DNA of 59,473 nucleotides, the filler included, from Sphacelaria rigidula (Eukaryota), in the NCBI GenBank assembly GCA_964200075.2. It is 7 parts of 7 records of this genome, joined end to end, with 100 filler letters (N's around TTAATTAATTAA, not from the genome) between each part and the next. Parts side by side here need not be neighbours in the genome. Positions count along the whole stretch, not along the records: positions 8,512 to 16,922 come from CAXNAA020011233.1; positions 17,023 to 25,433 come from CAXNAA020011234.1; 5 more parts are not named here. One strand, 5' to 3'. Positions 12,108-23,399 of the stretch are shown in pieces (positions within the stretch are counted from its first letter, which is position 1; the number at the start of each line of letters is the position of its first letter). The translations under genes were made by a program, and so were the position numbers. The notes below the pieces were generated by a model. That model searched no databases and was not told the origin of the DNA. It was given only the letters and a program-made list of their open reading frames with translations.

Positions 12108-12428
12108 AAACTGGCCACGGGCATCAAGTCTTCTCAAACATCCTGAAGGAATCCCGAACCGTCGTCGGCACCACTGAGCGCAAGTTTCATGGTGGAAGAC
12201 GAGCGTCTGGCTGTTGCTCCGAGATCTTTGACGCGGTGCAGTGGTTGGTTGGAATTGACTTCAAGGGGGTGGACATTCAAACCACAACGCACTATGTAAA
12301 TGAGAAATTCGGGAGGATTTGTTCAGGGACAATTCCCGATGTGCCTTGCACCGTCACTGTGTGATACAACGAATCGATGCCGAACACCCGCCGCTCTCCC
12401 GTTTGTGTTGCTCGGTTCCGTACCACAG

Positions 12429-12536
12429 AGTCAACGACACCGCTTCAACGTACCCCCGATGCCGTCACTCCGGGCGCGGAGGATCATGCCTGGGCGATGC
12501 AAGCTGGCTTGCTGACCCACGCATCAGCTACTGAGG
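12429..12536 (+). CDS. Exon 2 of the diblock protein: propeptide-like spacer
   Basis: ~100-nt AG-free stretch, then CCACAG acceptor; 108 bp, phase 1-1; STTPLQRTPDAVTPGAEDHAWAMQAGLLTHASATE; donor G|GTGAGA. Confidence 0.7.
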
Positions 12537-12855
12537 GTGAGACGGAGAAGCGTGTAGGGGGGATGATGCACCGCCATGACTAAGTTCGAGTCGTACTACG
12601 ACGCAGTCGACCATTTGCGGTGTGATGATCTGAATGGAGGGGACAATTTCAGCGACATTCGTCCCTCCTTCCGTAGTGGGGACGGACGTTTATCCATCTC
12701 ACCCGTCTACCGGCATGAACCTTGACTTGACGTACAAGACTTGATGGAGGTGGGGCACTCCTTTTTTCTCGTGTACTGTTCCGTTGGCAACCGATATCAA
12801 CATTGTCGTGTCCGATGCGTCGATCCCGACGATTCCTTCTGCGACGTCAATACAG

Positions 12856-13232
12856 GTGACTCTGAACGGGCCCTCTCGAAGGGCAAGAAGAAGAGGGGCA
12901 AGAAGGGCAAGGGGAAGAAGGGCAAGAAGGGCAAGAAGGGCAAGGGGAAGAAGGGCAAGAAGGGCAAGGGGAAGAAGAAGGGCGGAAAGGGCAGGGGGAA
13001 GAAGGGTAAGAAGGGCAAGGGCAAGAAGAGCGACGACTACGACGACGACCACTACGACGACGACCACTACGATGACGACGACCACTATGACGACGACCAC
13101 TACGATGACGATGACCACTACGACGATGACCACGATGATGATGACTACAGTGACGGCTACGACTACGGCATGTACCCAAAATACGACTACGACACGTACA
13201 CCGCAGACGTCTACGACGACATGTACTATTGA
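12856..13232 (+). CDS. Exon 3 (terminal) of the diblock protein: RAL site, K/G block, D/H/Y block, stop
   Basis: ~100-nt AG-free stretch, then TACAG acceptor, phase 1; G/C-ending codons (AAG, GGC, GAC, TAC, CAC); non-repetitive Tyr-rich tail ending YY-TGA. Confidence 0.85.
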
Positions 13233-14336
13233 CTAGAGTGGCAGTCGTAACCGAGCTCACGTCTTGGGGTTGGCTGATGAGATCGTATTCATCCTCCTCT
13301 CACTGTAGTCGAACGTCGACTAGTTGTATCAAGACATACCATGGTTCCGATTGGTGTGGGTTTGATATCGAGTGTCCGTAAGCACTTGAAAACCTGTACA
13401 TAATGTTTGAAGTTGGGACGTCGTGAGGATGTTTGCCCGTAATTTCACTGGCTGGCGCCGGAAGCCGCTGGATTCACTCGCTTGGTGTTGTACTGTGTGT
13501 ACCCCGTAGTTTGTCTCATGTATCACGTTTTTGTACTGTATTCCGCTGTGCCGTAGTATCGCCCTGTGCGCTTGCCTCGACGATTTTGTCCACGTCCTGT
13601 AGCTCGACTGGTCAAGCAGTTGTCGTTTGACGTGTGAAGTACTTCGCGCTGGTGTGGTGTGGAACCGCGAGGGACGGATCAGGAATTGTCTACAGCATGT
13701 TGAGGCGCTGTGTGGAGGAGTATGTACACCTTACACTTGACACGAGGGATTCGAGGTCATTTTAATGTGGAATTGTCGCCTGACGTCTCGACTACTGGGA
13801 AGCAGCATTGGTTCAGTCAATACCATGAAATACCGACTCGGAGCTTGGTCTATCGAACGGGATGGCGATATGTGAAGGGTGCTCGTGGCACCTCCTGCCA
13901 CTGTCCCACACCTCGCCTCAACGGCGGAGAGGGCGACACTCTCGCGTCCCCGAAGATTCCCAAAATTTTGGTACCTCCGCCGCAGGCGGCTAGACGAGAA
14001 ACGCAACGTCGACCTTCTGCATGGCGTAGTCTCGCCCGCGACGTCCGTGTACCCTAATCACATCTGAGTGCATCCGGAGTCACCGTTCAGTTGAACGATA
14101 ACCGGAGGCCGGGAGGCCGACATGACCCAGGAATAATTGCGCGTGTCCATATGTTGGGATGAGGTAATGAAATAACCGGAAGATTCTCTGTAGTGCATCC
14201 GCAGGTTCGTGTACGAGTGTGTGGTGCGCTGTCTTATCAGCTTCCCCACCATGTGGTCGTCAACCCGATTTCACGCCGGGTAGCGTTCCCCGAGGGAAAT
14301 GGCACGATACGTATGTGGCACATGTCTGCTTCCTGT

Positions 14337-14525
14337 CGTGATGGGTAAGAGGACGGTGTGCGTGGAGGTCCGCATCGGAAGTTGGATATTCTCATGGTAA
14401 GGGTTGGGGTTGGTGCCGGCGTTGTGGTCAGGGGCGTGGTACTTCCAGGGACTGACCTGATTGGTTTTGAAAAACCTCGGTCGTGTGGTGTCTTGGTCTA
14501 CGGCGCGGTCTCCTCACGCACTATG
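14337..14525 (-). mobile_element. TGT...ACA MITE family, copy 6
   Basis: Diverged reverse copy. Confidence 0.7.
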
Positions 14526-15539
14526 GTTGCCAACCCAGCACGACAACGGAGCCGTCCCCGCTCTGTCTTTGCACACAACGAGACAAACCAACCAAGCACA
14601 ACTGTGCTGTATAATACCCAAATGAACGCGTAACCAACGGTTGTGAGAAATGTGTGCAAGCAAAAAAAGAAAGAAGAAACAAGGGAATTTTGGCTGTGCA
14701 GAGAGAAGAGAATTGATGAATGTAGTTCAAGCTCCCTACCTCCCTGTACTCCACGCCACGGCAGTCTCATCTCTCAACTACGACATCTACCTGCCGTTGG
14801 TTCGCTGTCGCCTCATGACAGCACCTGGCAACCTGGTCACAGGAGGCACCCGTCGGCCCTTTTCGTCACGTCAAGGTTGCCCGTTGTGACGCTCTCTCTG
14901 GATGATTTATCCCCACAACTTACCCCACACGAATCAATCACCCACACGCATATATACTTCGGCATTATGCGTCAAAACAGGTGCGAATGTCTTGCTGTTG
15001 AGACTTGCTGTTCCTAGCATGCGCTTTGATCTATGTGCATGCCTTCTCGAGGTGATATGACACATCTTCCATGCAACCCTTCCTGGCTGTAGCCTTCAAC
15101 TTTCCAACTTCTTCTGCTACGACTACATCAGGAGGCGAGTTGATAATTTCTGAGCTTCTGTCTTCAACGTTGCCAGCGTCGCCGGAATCTTCCTCGCTTT
15201 GTACCATTGCCCTGCCGCACACGACATGGCTTTCAAGCTCACGGCTGACTTGTAGCCTTGCTCTACTCACTAAAGTGTTCGCTTTTATGCCCAGTCTGCA
15301 CAAAGTTAGTGGGTGCGTAGTTCTATGCCGAAACCAGATGATATGCCGTGTACCGAACCCCGAGGAAAAAGCGGCATGAAGATCATATTGTTCGTGTACC
15401 CTGAAAAAAACGGCATACAAATTATCTGGCATATAATAATCGGCACAAAATCGGGTCCACTACCGTATCAGGGAAATGGGCGCCCATCACGGTCTCCTAC
15501 TCGCCTTCATGCTCTGGGTTCTGGGAAGGTGAGGCGGGA

Positions 15540-16210
15540 GTTGGACTGGTCTCCGGAACGTTGTAACGGTTCAGCACCTCCGCCATGAACCGGATTTGTG
15601 CAATATCCCGAATACACCCATCCCGGCCCCTTCTGTTCTAGAGTTTCCTCAACTCTTCATGATATCGTCCACCCCGAAGACCATCATCGCCACGGTGTAA
15701 TGCGTGAGAGGATCGCGTGCTTAGGGGACCGCGGTGTAGTCCACAACACCCGAGGATCGACATCTTTTTACACCTATCGGGCCAGTCCCTGCAAGTACCA
15801 CGCCCCTGACCCTAACCCTAACCCTAACCCTAACCCTAACCCTGACCCTAACCATACGGATATTCAAATTCAGATGCGATCCTCTAAGCACGCGGTCCTC
15901 TCACGCATTACAACGACGTCACCAGGGCCCCTCAGTCGAGAACCCCGGGGCCTACCGAGCATTGCCCGAAACCACACTCCACCAGTTGGGCTGGTCTCCG
16001 AAACGTTGTAACGGTTCAGCACCCCCGCCATGAATTGGGTTTGTGCAGTATCCCGGGTACATCCATCCCAGCCTCTTCTCTACTCGAATTCCCCCAGCTC
16101 TTCATGATACCGTCCACGCGAAAGACCATCATCGCCACGGCGTCACCAGGGCCCTTCAGTCGAGGAACGCAGGGATCTACCGAGCATTGCCCGAAACCAC
16201 ACTTCACCAA
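15540..16210. repeat. Tandem duplication (~225 bp) within the RT; the first copy carries a MITE
   Basis: GTTGG(A/G)CTGGTCTCCG...CCGAAACCACACT present twice (starting ~15540 and ~15985). Confidence 0.9.
15696..15912 (+). mobile_element. TGT...ACA MITE family, copy 7 (best preserved), 4-bp TSD; Ginger-like
   Basis: 37-bp TIRs with 3 mismatches; the empty site in the duplicate (CGCCACGG^CGTCACC) gives TSD ACGG/ACGA; internal (CCCTAA)n. Confidence 0.9.
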
Positions 16211-16922
16211 TGCGATAACAGTAGGTAATACCACGCACGACCACTCTGCTTGAATCCATACAAAGCCTTGTTGACACGCACTACCTGACCAGATACTCAT
16301 CCACAACCGGGGGGCAGGCGCACGTAGAAATCGGTGTCCCACTCTAAATAATGAAAGCCTGGTCTACATCCGAGTACCTCAAATCGCAGTCTAGCTTACA
16401 TGCCATGGCCGCCACCAACATGTTTGAAGTGGCAAATGCCGCAGGGGCGAATGTCTCGAAGTAGTCTATGCTGTGTACCTAATGGTACGCCGTAGCTACT
16501 ATACGGGTTTTCACCCCCGCTTAACCATACCGTGTTAATCACTACTCCACTTTTGTGCCCATTTAGTGTCCACAAAGTTGCACCTCTTAGGAATGTCAGT
16601 CACCTCCGCGAACGTTCCGGCAGCCATCAGCCCATTCAACTCCATCTTCGTCGCCTCCAATAACACATCCGAGTATTGTGATGATGAACACGCCGCAGGG
16701 CACGACAACGGCGCCGGCCCTGCTTCCCGGACGAGACATTTAGGGCACTCGCCCGGCTTAAGGGCAACCTCCTGTACCGCCTTCAGTCCATGGACTATTT
16801 TTCCCCGAGTCATCCTACGATACGGGAGGGGGGGGGGGGGGGGTGGTGTGTTTTGTGCTTTTTTTAGATAATGAGTTTTTGCAGTGTGTGAAGAAGCACG
16901 AAGTCGCTTACATGATCTGTGT

Positions 16923-17022
16923 NNNNNNNNNNNNNNNNNNNNNNNNNNNNNNNNNNNNNNNNNNNNTTAATTAATTAANNNNNNNNNNNNNNNNNNNNNN
17001 NNNNNNNNNNNNNNNNNNNNNN
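16923..17022. other. Artificial contig linker
   Basis: Same 100-bp linker. Confidence 0.99.
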
Positions 17023-17158
17023 GGGTGTGATTTTTACGGGGGTTGGGCGCCGCCCCCCCCCCCCCAAACAGCGCCACATCCCCCATCCCACAACCCCCCC
17101 CCCCCCCCCCCCCCCCCCTCCCAAAATACAACAAGACAAAACAAAACGCAAAGGCCCG

Positions 17159-17612
17159 AGGGCAGGGTCGAGTAGAGTATGCACTTTTGAGTACTCGAGT
17201 AAAATGCGAGTGTTTACTCTACTCAAATTGTGGGTAAATTGAGTACAGCCTCGAATACTTGGCGCAAACTTTGAATAGATCGAGTACGATCTCCAATACT
17301 GTACTCAAATTTTGAGTAGGTCGAGTACCTCAGATACTCTACTCAAACATTGGGTAGGTTGAGTATGGCCTCAACTACTCTGCGCTAATTTTGAGTAGAT
17401 CAAGTACGACCTCCGATACTCTACTCAAATATTGAGTAAGCACTCTCAGTAATACTCGAGTATAGAGTATCACTCGGGTATGACCTCAATACTCTACTCA
17501 AAATTTGAGTAGGTCGAGTCCAGCCTCACTCTGCTCACAATTTGAGTAGATCGAGTACGACCTCCAATACTCTACTCGAATATTGAGTAATGCTCTCAGT
17601 AATACTCGAGTA
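17159..17612. repeat. Array of ~38-bp palindromic subrepeats, left part of a TIR element
   Basis: Repeated TACTCAA-nnn-TTGAGTA units; begins AGGGCAGGGTCGAGTAGAG. Confidence 0.8.
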
Positions 17613-19329
17613 CAGCAGTCCTGCGCCAAAAGAAAAAAAAACATTTTTCGGAACAGAATTGGAGCTCTTTTTATCCCCTCGCGCACTGCTGCAACGCCCA
17701 ACCCCGGATCTAGACGCATGCACTTGTTGGTTGTCGTCTACATGACATGTCAGCACAGTTTCAGGGCATAGAAGCGACGACAGCGCGCGCATGACGGTGC
17801 CTCCTGCTCTGAGCATCTCTAAGGTCGATACCGGTGTGGGTTTTTTACAGATTGTCATCATCCACAGGCGGCGGCAGAAATGATTCGTGTTTGTTTGCGA
17901 GCACTTCAGCCGCCCAGGTGGTCACGATGCGGAAGTGAGTGCGCTATCACGTCCGCATGTGCATTCACTTACGGTACACAGCATACCGGCCGCCAGGTAA
18001 TCGTTTTGAGGGCATACAGACGGTATTGCCCAAAACTGGAATTTGCCTCGTTTAATTTGCTCGGGAAAGGAAAGTGGCTGTGCTCCGGTACATACACTGG
18101 CTGTGGGGTGCCCGACTAGTGCACCAAGTTTCACGTTGGTGCCTGCAGCGGCGCTCGAGAACTCAACAATCAAAAATGAAGGGCAAAAGTCGAAAATGGC
18201 ACCGGTCAACCGTCCAAAGATACACCAGCTGCAGTTACGCCACATAATCCTCGTACGAAAACATAATAGCGTAACCGCTGGGCCTCTACAGCAGCACAGA
18301 ACAGATGGGGACAAGCGCACAACCGTACTTGCCAGTACTGTGGATTTTGCAACCGATATGTCTTCAATCATGTCGGCATCAACAGGGCATATAGTGTTGT
18401 GTTCTTAGCGCACGTCGTATTGAGCTGCAGGCGACAGAATGCTGTACACGGTTGCACTGCCGAGCACGGTACGGGCAGTAGCTTTATACAGTAGTCACAC
18501 ATCAGAAAAAAGGAGTGCAGTACATCACACTTTTTCACACTGTTATTTATTTGAAGTTTTCAGTGTTGAAGGCGGCGCAATTGGCTGCAGGAGGCATGCG
18601 TGCACAAAAGTGTGTCGTGTTACATGCTCGTTGAAGCAAATGACCTAATTTTTTTTCATGTGGATTGAATACATCATGCACTAGCCGAGACGCATCCTTT
18701 TGGCCTGGTGCCGTGAGCGTGTTCGCCACCTATCGGCGTTGCATTGTCTACGAGATGCATGAATTAAGAGCACCACTATTCAGACCACCCAACGCGGGAA
18801 ATCATCACTATTTCAGCCAGAAATCTTTAAAGACGATCCCGCCTTGAGCAAAGCTTGCCACCGATGCCACGCGCTGGGCCTATGGTCCCTTGTGTCGGCC
18901 CCGCCGCTCGCGTTAACTGTGTCTACTTCACGGCTGATATCAGCTGAGTGCTTGTCAAATGGTTCTTCTCTGCGGGCATTCTGGTATCGGATTGTTTTTT
19001 TTTTCTTCCTTTTGCGCAGGACAGACAGAATATCAATTGGGTATGATGAGTATCGAGACCGTTGGCGACTTCGTGACGTCACTTCCAAGACTTTGTTGAA
19101 TACATGGGCGAAAGATGGCCGTGAATTAGATAAGTGGCGTTACGTCACGGGTTACATTGGGTATGATCTTTCTCGAACATACTGTATCCCAATGTTTGCT
19201 GAAGTTTGATCGGGAATCAGTACTAATCATGGGTGGGCAACTCTAGGACTACCTCGGTATTTACTCTATCGGAGTTTGAGTATCTTGCGTACGAACTTGA
19301 ATACATAAATCGAAGTTCTACCCAGGGTT

Positions 19330-19590
19330 TTTGGTACATCGGGTCCGGCCTCAAATACTCTACCCAACTTTCGGGTAGATTGAGTATGGCCTCCAATACT
19401 CTACTCAAATATTGAGTAAGCACTCTCAGTAATACTCGAATATAGAGCATCGCTCGGGTATGACTCAATTCTCTACTCAAATTTCGGGTAGATTGGGTAT
19501 GACCGCATATGCTCTACTCAAAATTTGAGTACTAAAAATACGACTCTTCGAAAATACCGAGTATTGAGTATGCTCCACTCGACCTGCCCT
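19330..19590. repeat. Same palindromic subrepeat family, right part ending in the inverted terminus
   Basis: Same units; ends CTCCACTCGACCTGCCCT, the inverse of the 17159 terminus. Confidence 0.8.
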
Positions 19591-19595
19591 TACAA

Positions 19596-19775
19596 GAGTC
19601 CACCTCGCGAAATCTTGGCGAAACTTGAATTAGACACGGGTCAACGGCATGCGTGGACCAATCACAACACGGATCAACGGGAAGTAATGAACAAGGTGCC
19701 AAATTGTGATTGGTTCACACATGTCGTTGATCCGTGTCTTATTCAAGTTTCGCCAAGTTTTCGCGAGGTGGGCCT
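19596..19775. mobile_element. ~180-bp foldback MITE
   Basis: ~70-bp inverted arms CCACCTCGCGAAA.CTTGGCGAAACTTGAAT.AGACACGG with a few mismatches; no clear TSD. Confidence 0.8.
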
Positions 19776-20321
19776 TTGCGATTTCTCTCTCTTGTTCTAT
19801 TTTTGGAGAGCAAAGGAAAAAGTGGGTACATCACCACCTCTTTCAACTCAAACGTAGATAGGGGTAACTGCGCAAGTTCTACCTCCTGTACTAAGATACA
19901 CGCATATTTAACAAACATACGCGCGCCCTTGTGTGTATCTTGTGCGTGAGGAGCCCTTCGGTTGAGCAACAGCGTTGCATGCACTGCGTGCGCCCCATCT
20001 CGCCATCGTCACATCATTCGCAAAAAAAGTACTTCCTGCCCGGTACATCTTCCCCGCCCTACATGCATGCATCGTTTTCCCGTCATACGTTTGTTCACTT
20101 CAACTCCTCCACTCCCTCGGGGGGAGTCCGAAACGATCATAGTAGCCTTTCCCTCAACATATACCCAACCCTTTTGGTCTCACATATTCGATTCGGCCAG
20201 CATTCCCGCACCGTGACGACTTCGTCGATTTTTTCTTACTATCATTACTCGCGTTTCAATAATTCCGACGGCGGAGATCAGATCCTACTCTTCCGACAAG
20301 ACAGAAAATACAAAATAAACT

Positions 20322-20390
20322 CTTGTGACTCGATCTCTCCACCTCCCGACCTAACCGATCCAAGTTATACCACCTAGGCCACCAGGGCGC
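20322..20390 (-). mobile_element. Degenerate tRNA-derived SINE head
   Basis: A box TGGCCTAGGTGG and B-box-like GATCGAGTC about 35 nt apart. Confidence 0.4.
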
Positions 20391-21144
20391 CGCAACCTAC
20401 AGTCTACCCCTAGCATACATCCACACGCGTACCTTCTCCGTTGGTCCAGTAACGATGCTCTTGTCAAGTGGGGGCGGCGGGCCAGGGTCCCCGTCCTCTC
20501 CGCCTTCCCCCCCACCCCTGATGAAATATCCTGGAGACTCTTCCCAGCCCTTATCGGTCACCTCGGCAGAAAATTGTCTGCTGCTGCACCCCTGACCGTC
20601 GGACACCAAACAAGCTGATCGCCGTCCCTCCAACCGCCGTTGGTGTGGTAGACGTTGGTGGCTTCGTAGCGTTGCTTCTCCAGAGGCGGCTCTTGTCGTA
20701 ACACCCCGCCTCGTTTCCTCTCCTCGCGCTAGCGTCGCTCTGCAGTGGTTGTCGTATGATGTGCGGTTGTTGTTTTATTCCGGGTAGATTGAGAGACAGC
20801 GGTAAAGGGGGTTTAGGGACAAGGGGAGCCACTGACATCGGGTACGCACAAAGGTCGCCATTTCTCTCTCTTCCTTCGGGGGAAATGGGGAGGGGGGGGG
20901 GGGAAAGGGGAAGCATCTTCGAGGGCAGTGAAACAATGACGTTAGAAAAAAGGGGGTGGAATTTGACTTGACCCGAGTCCTGTTTCGAAACCCACCCCAT
21001 GCTTGTGGCTTCGCCTGTATTTGCACGAGAGGCTGCTAACCCAGCGTCATTTTCGGCTGGTTCTTGTTTTCGTCGCTCATCCACGCGGAAGGGTATACTG
21101 TGGATCCCTTAACGGCTCGGTAGAAGTAGGAACCCTATAAGTTC

Positions 21145-22878
21145 CACAGGCACCGTAGGTAAGGTAGGTACGCGGTACCGGTATTTGGGACATTTCATAC
21201 CCTGCCGATACCGGTCCGATCGGGTATTTTCGAATGTCATACCCACGATACCCACAATATCACGGTATTTCGAGATGTCAATACCTACCGTACGCGCTCG
21301 ATGAGGTATTTTCAAATTTCATACCTACGTTACCTACGATACCACGGTATTTCGATATTTCAACACCTTCCGTACCCGCCCAATCGGATATTTTCATATG
21401 TCATACCTACGATACCTACGATACCACGGTATTTCGAGATTTCAATACCTACCGTACCCGCTCAATGGGGGTATTTTCAGTTCTCAAACCTACGATACCA
21501 ACGCATACCACGGTACGGGATACCCCGGCGAATACCGGACGCGATGCACTTCCCACGGTGCAGCAGCTGGTCCCAACTTACGCAGAGGCCAGAAGTTGTC
21601 GAAGCAGGTACATCTCTTTCTTCACGAGTAATATATACCCAGCTTCCCCCTGATTTTCGTGCTTGGATCAATTCGAATGAACTTATTACCACGTATTTTG
21701 TCTGAAGTGCGGTTGATATTTTTCTCTTGATCTGATAGGTCCAGCACATACCTGTTCGTAGAAGGCTTTAACTCAAACTTGTGATCAGTGGCTTGCGGAG
21801 AAAAACTACAAAACAGTCACAATAAGCTTTTTCGATCGAAAACATACGGTCGAAGGGCACGAAGCGACACTTGACTTTTATCTTATAGACCGCCACGCCA
21901 GATAACACCCGTTCACAGAATCATGCCAACTCGATCCAACTCATTCTCAGCTACCACCGCAACCCTACAGCATCGAGTACGAGTTGAGCACAGGGATAGG
22001 TACCCTGCAGTAATTGGGCATGCTTTCTTTATTTTTTGTCGGCGAAAACTTGTGCACCTTATTTCATAGTAGGATCAGCGACGAAACTGCGGGGTACGGT
22101 GGGCAACCGAGTTGCGTACACGCTTATGGACAGTGCAGGCAGTACAAAGCTGCACGTTGTTGAAGTCCCTTTCACGTCGCGTTGTAAGCAGAGAGAACTG
22201 ATAGTCCTGGGCCGTCTGCACTGAACGTTGCCCGCTTCTCTTCAGAATCCTACAGTACAAAACACGCACACACACACGCAAGATACTGCTTGCAAGCAAT
22301 GCAGTCAGTACAGACTGTCTACACTGTACACGAGTGATCATGTACCGTTTCACTAATTTCACTGTCTTTTTTCGATCGAAAGTTTGAAATTCACTTGTAC
22401 CCAACCAGACAAGAATGAGCGATTTTCGCTCAAATCTATTCCACCGCCCAATTTTTTCGATCAAAGAAAAGTGCTGATATACACCCTGAAGCGCTTCTCC
22501 GCATTGCCGGATGACAATTTTGAAACGGGTAAAGAGGGTAAGGCAAGTACCCGGTACTGGTATTTGCGACATTTGATATCCTCCCGATACCGACCAGATC
22601 GGGTGTTTTCAAATGTCATACCTACGATACCCACAATACCACGGTATTTCGAGATAAAAGTACCTACCGTACCCGCCAACTCCGGTATTTTGAACTATCA
22701 TAGCTACGATACCTATAATACGATACCAGGGTATTTCGAGATTTCAATACCTACCGTACCCGCCCAATCCGTAGTTTGAAATGTCATACCTACGATACCT
22801 ACGCATACCACGGTATGAGATACCCCGGTAAAATACCGGGGATACGCTTGGTACGGTACCTTACCTACGGTTCCTGTG
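21145..22878 (+). mobile_element. Non-autonomous hAT-like element (1734 bp), 8-bp TSD ATAAGTTC
   Basis: TIR CACAGG(C/A)ACCGTAGGTAAGGTA; TSD at 21137-21144 and 22879-22886; subterminal tandem repeats; no transposase ORF. Confidence 0.92.
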
Positions 22879-23399
22879 ATAAGTTCACATCTAATACGTA
22901 CAAGGAAAATAAAAATGCGGTTGCCTTCATGAGGCGATCATCGATGTTATTGGGCCAACGTTGAGGGGGCTGAATTGTGGCGTTTCATCTCCTTGACATT
23001 TGCCAGATTCAGTTACAATTTCCGCCAGATTCAGGTATTCGTCGAGATTCGGGTATAGATTTAGGAGAAAACACGAAAACATCCACGTGTACTGTATCTT
23101 GTCGCACTTTGCGAAGGCTCCCGCCAATCACGTGACTGGGAATCTGGTCGGCTTGTGCTGCCAGTACACCCTGTACCTGAATATGGCGGATATACGTCGA
23201 GGTGTATCTGGATGTGCCGTTCGCTCGAAGGTGAATAATCTGGATGATTTATTTATGTTCTTGTATTACCAAAACACTTCCGCACCGTTCACCAGACGTC
23301 CACGTAACTGTATGCAGTAACATGCAGTCATTTGACGATAACATTTGAGGTGTACTGGGCGGCGATGAATGTTGTGGTGTACAAGCGATGTTGTTTGGA

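Larger units (their letters stand above)
15300..16720 (-). pseudogene. Decayed Ty1/copia reverse transcriptase
   Basis: SQYSDVLLEATKMELNGL..GTF, VDTKW, IDYFETFAP, DVDQAF, GFGQCSVDPCV, MVFGVDDIM (YVDD box); stops and frameshifts. Confidence 0.88.

Noticed and set aside
12741-12855. N-terminus of ORF 12741..13232 (MEVGHSFF...)
   Set aside because: Lies in an AG-free, pyrimidine-rich intron end; the spliced model with a signal peptide fits better
12699-13260. Alternative-frame ORFs (poly-R/T, poly-V/L, PF/PL repeats)
   Set aside because: Shadows of the K/G-D/H/Y repeat; they lack GC3 bias or compatible splice phase
15805-15853. True telomere
   Set aside because: Short, internal and enclosed by MITE TIRs
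17159-17612. CRISPR-like array of palindromic repeats
   Set aside because: The intervening sequences are themselves homologous, the repeats are degenerate, there are no cas genes, and the context is eukaryotic
21234-21705. IPTIPTIPRY-repeat ORFs
   Set aside because: Translation of the hAT element's subterminal repeats; frames are not conserved between copies
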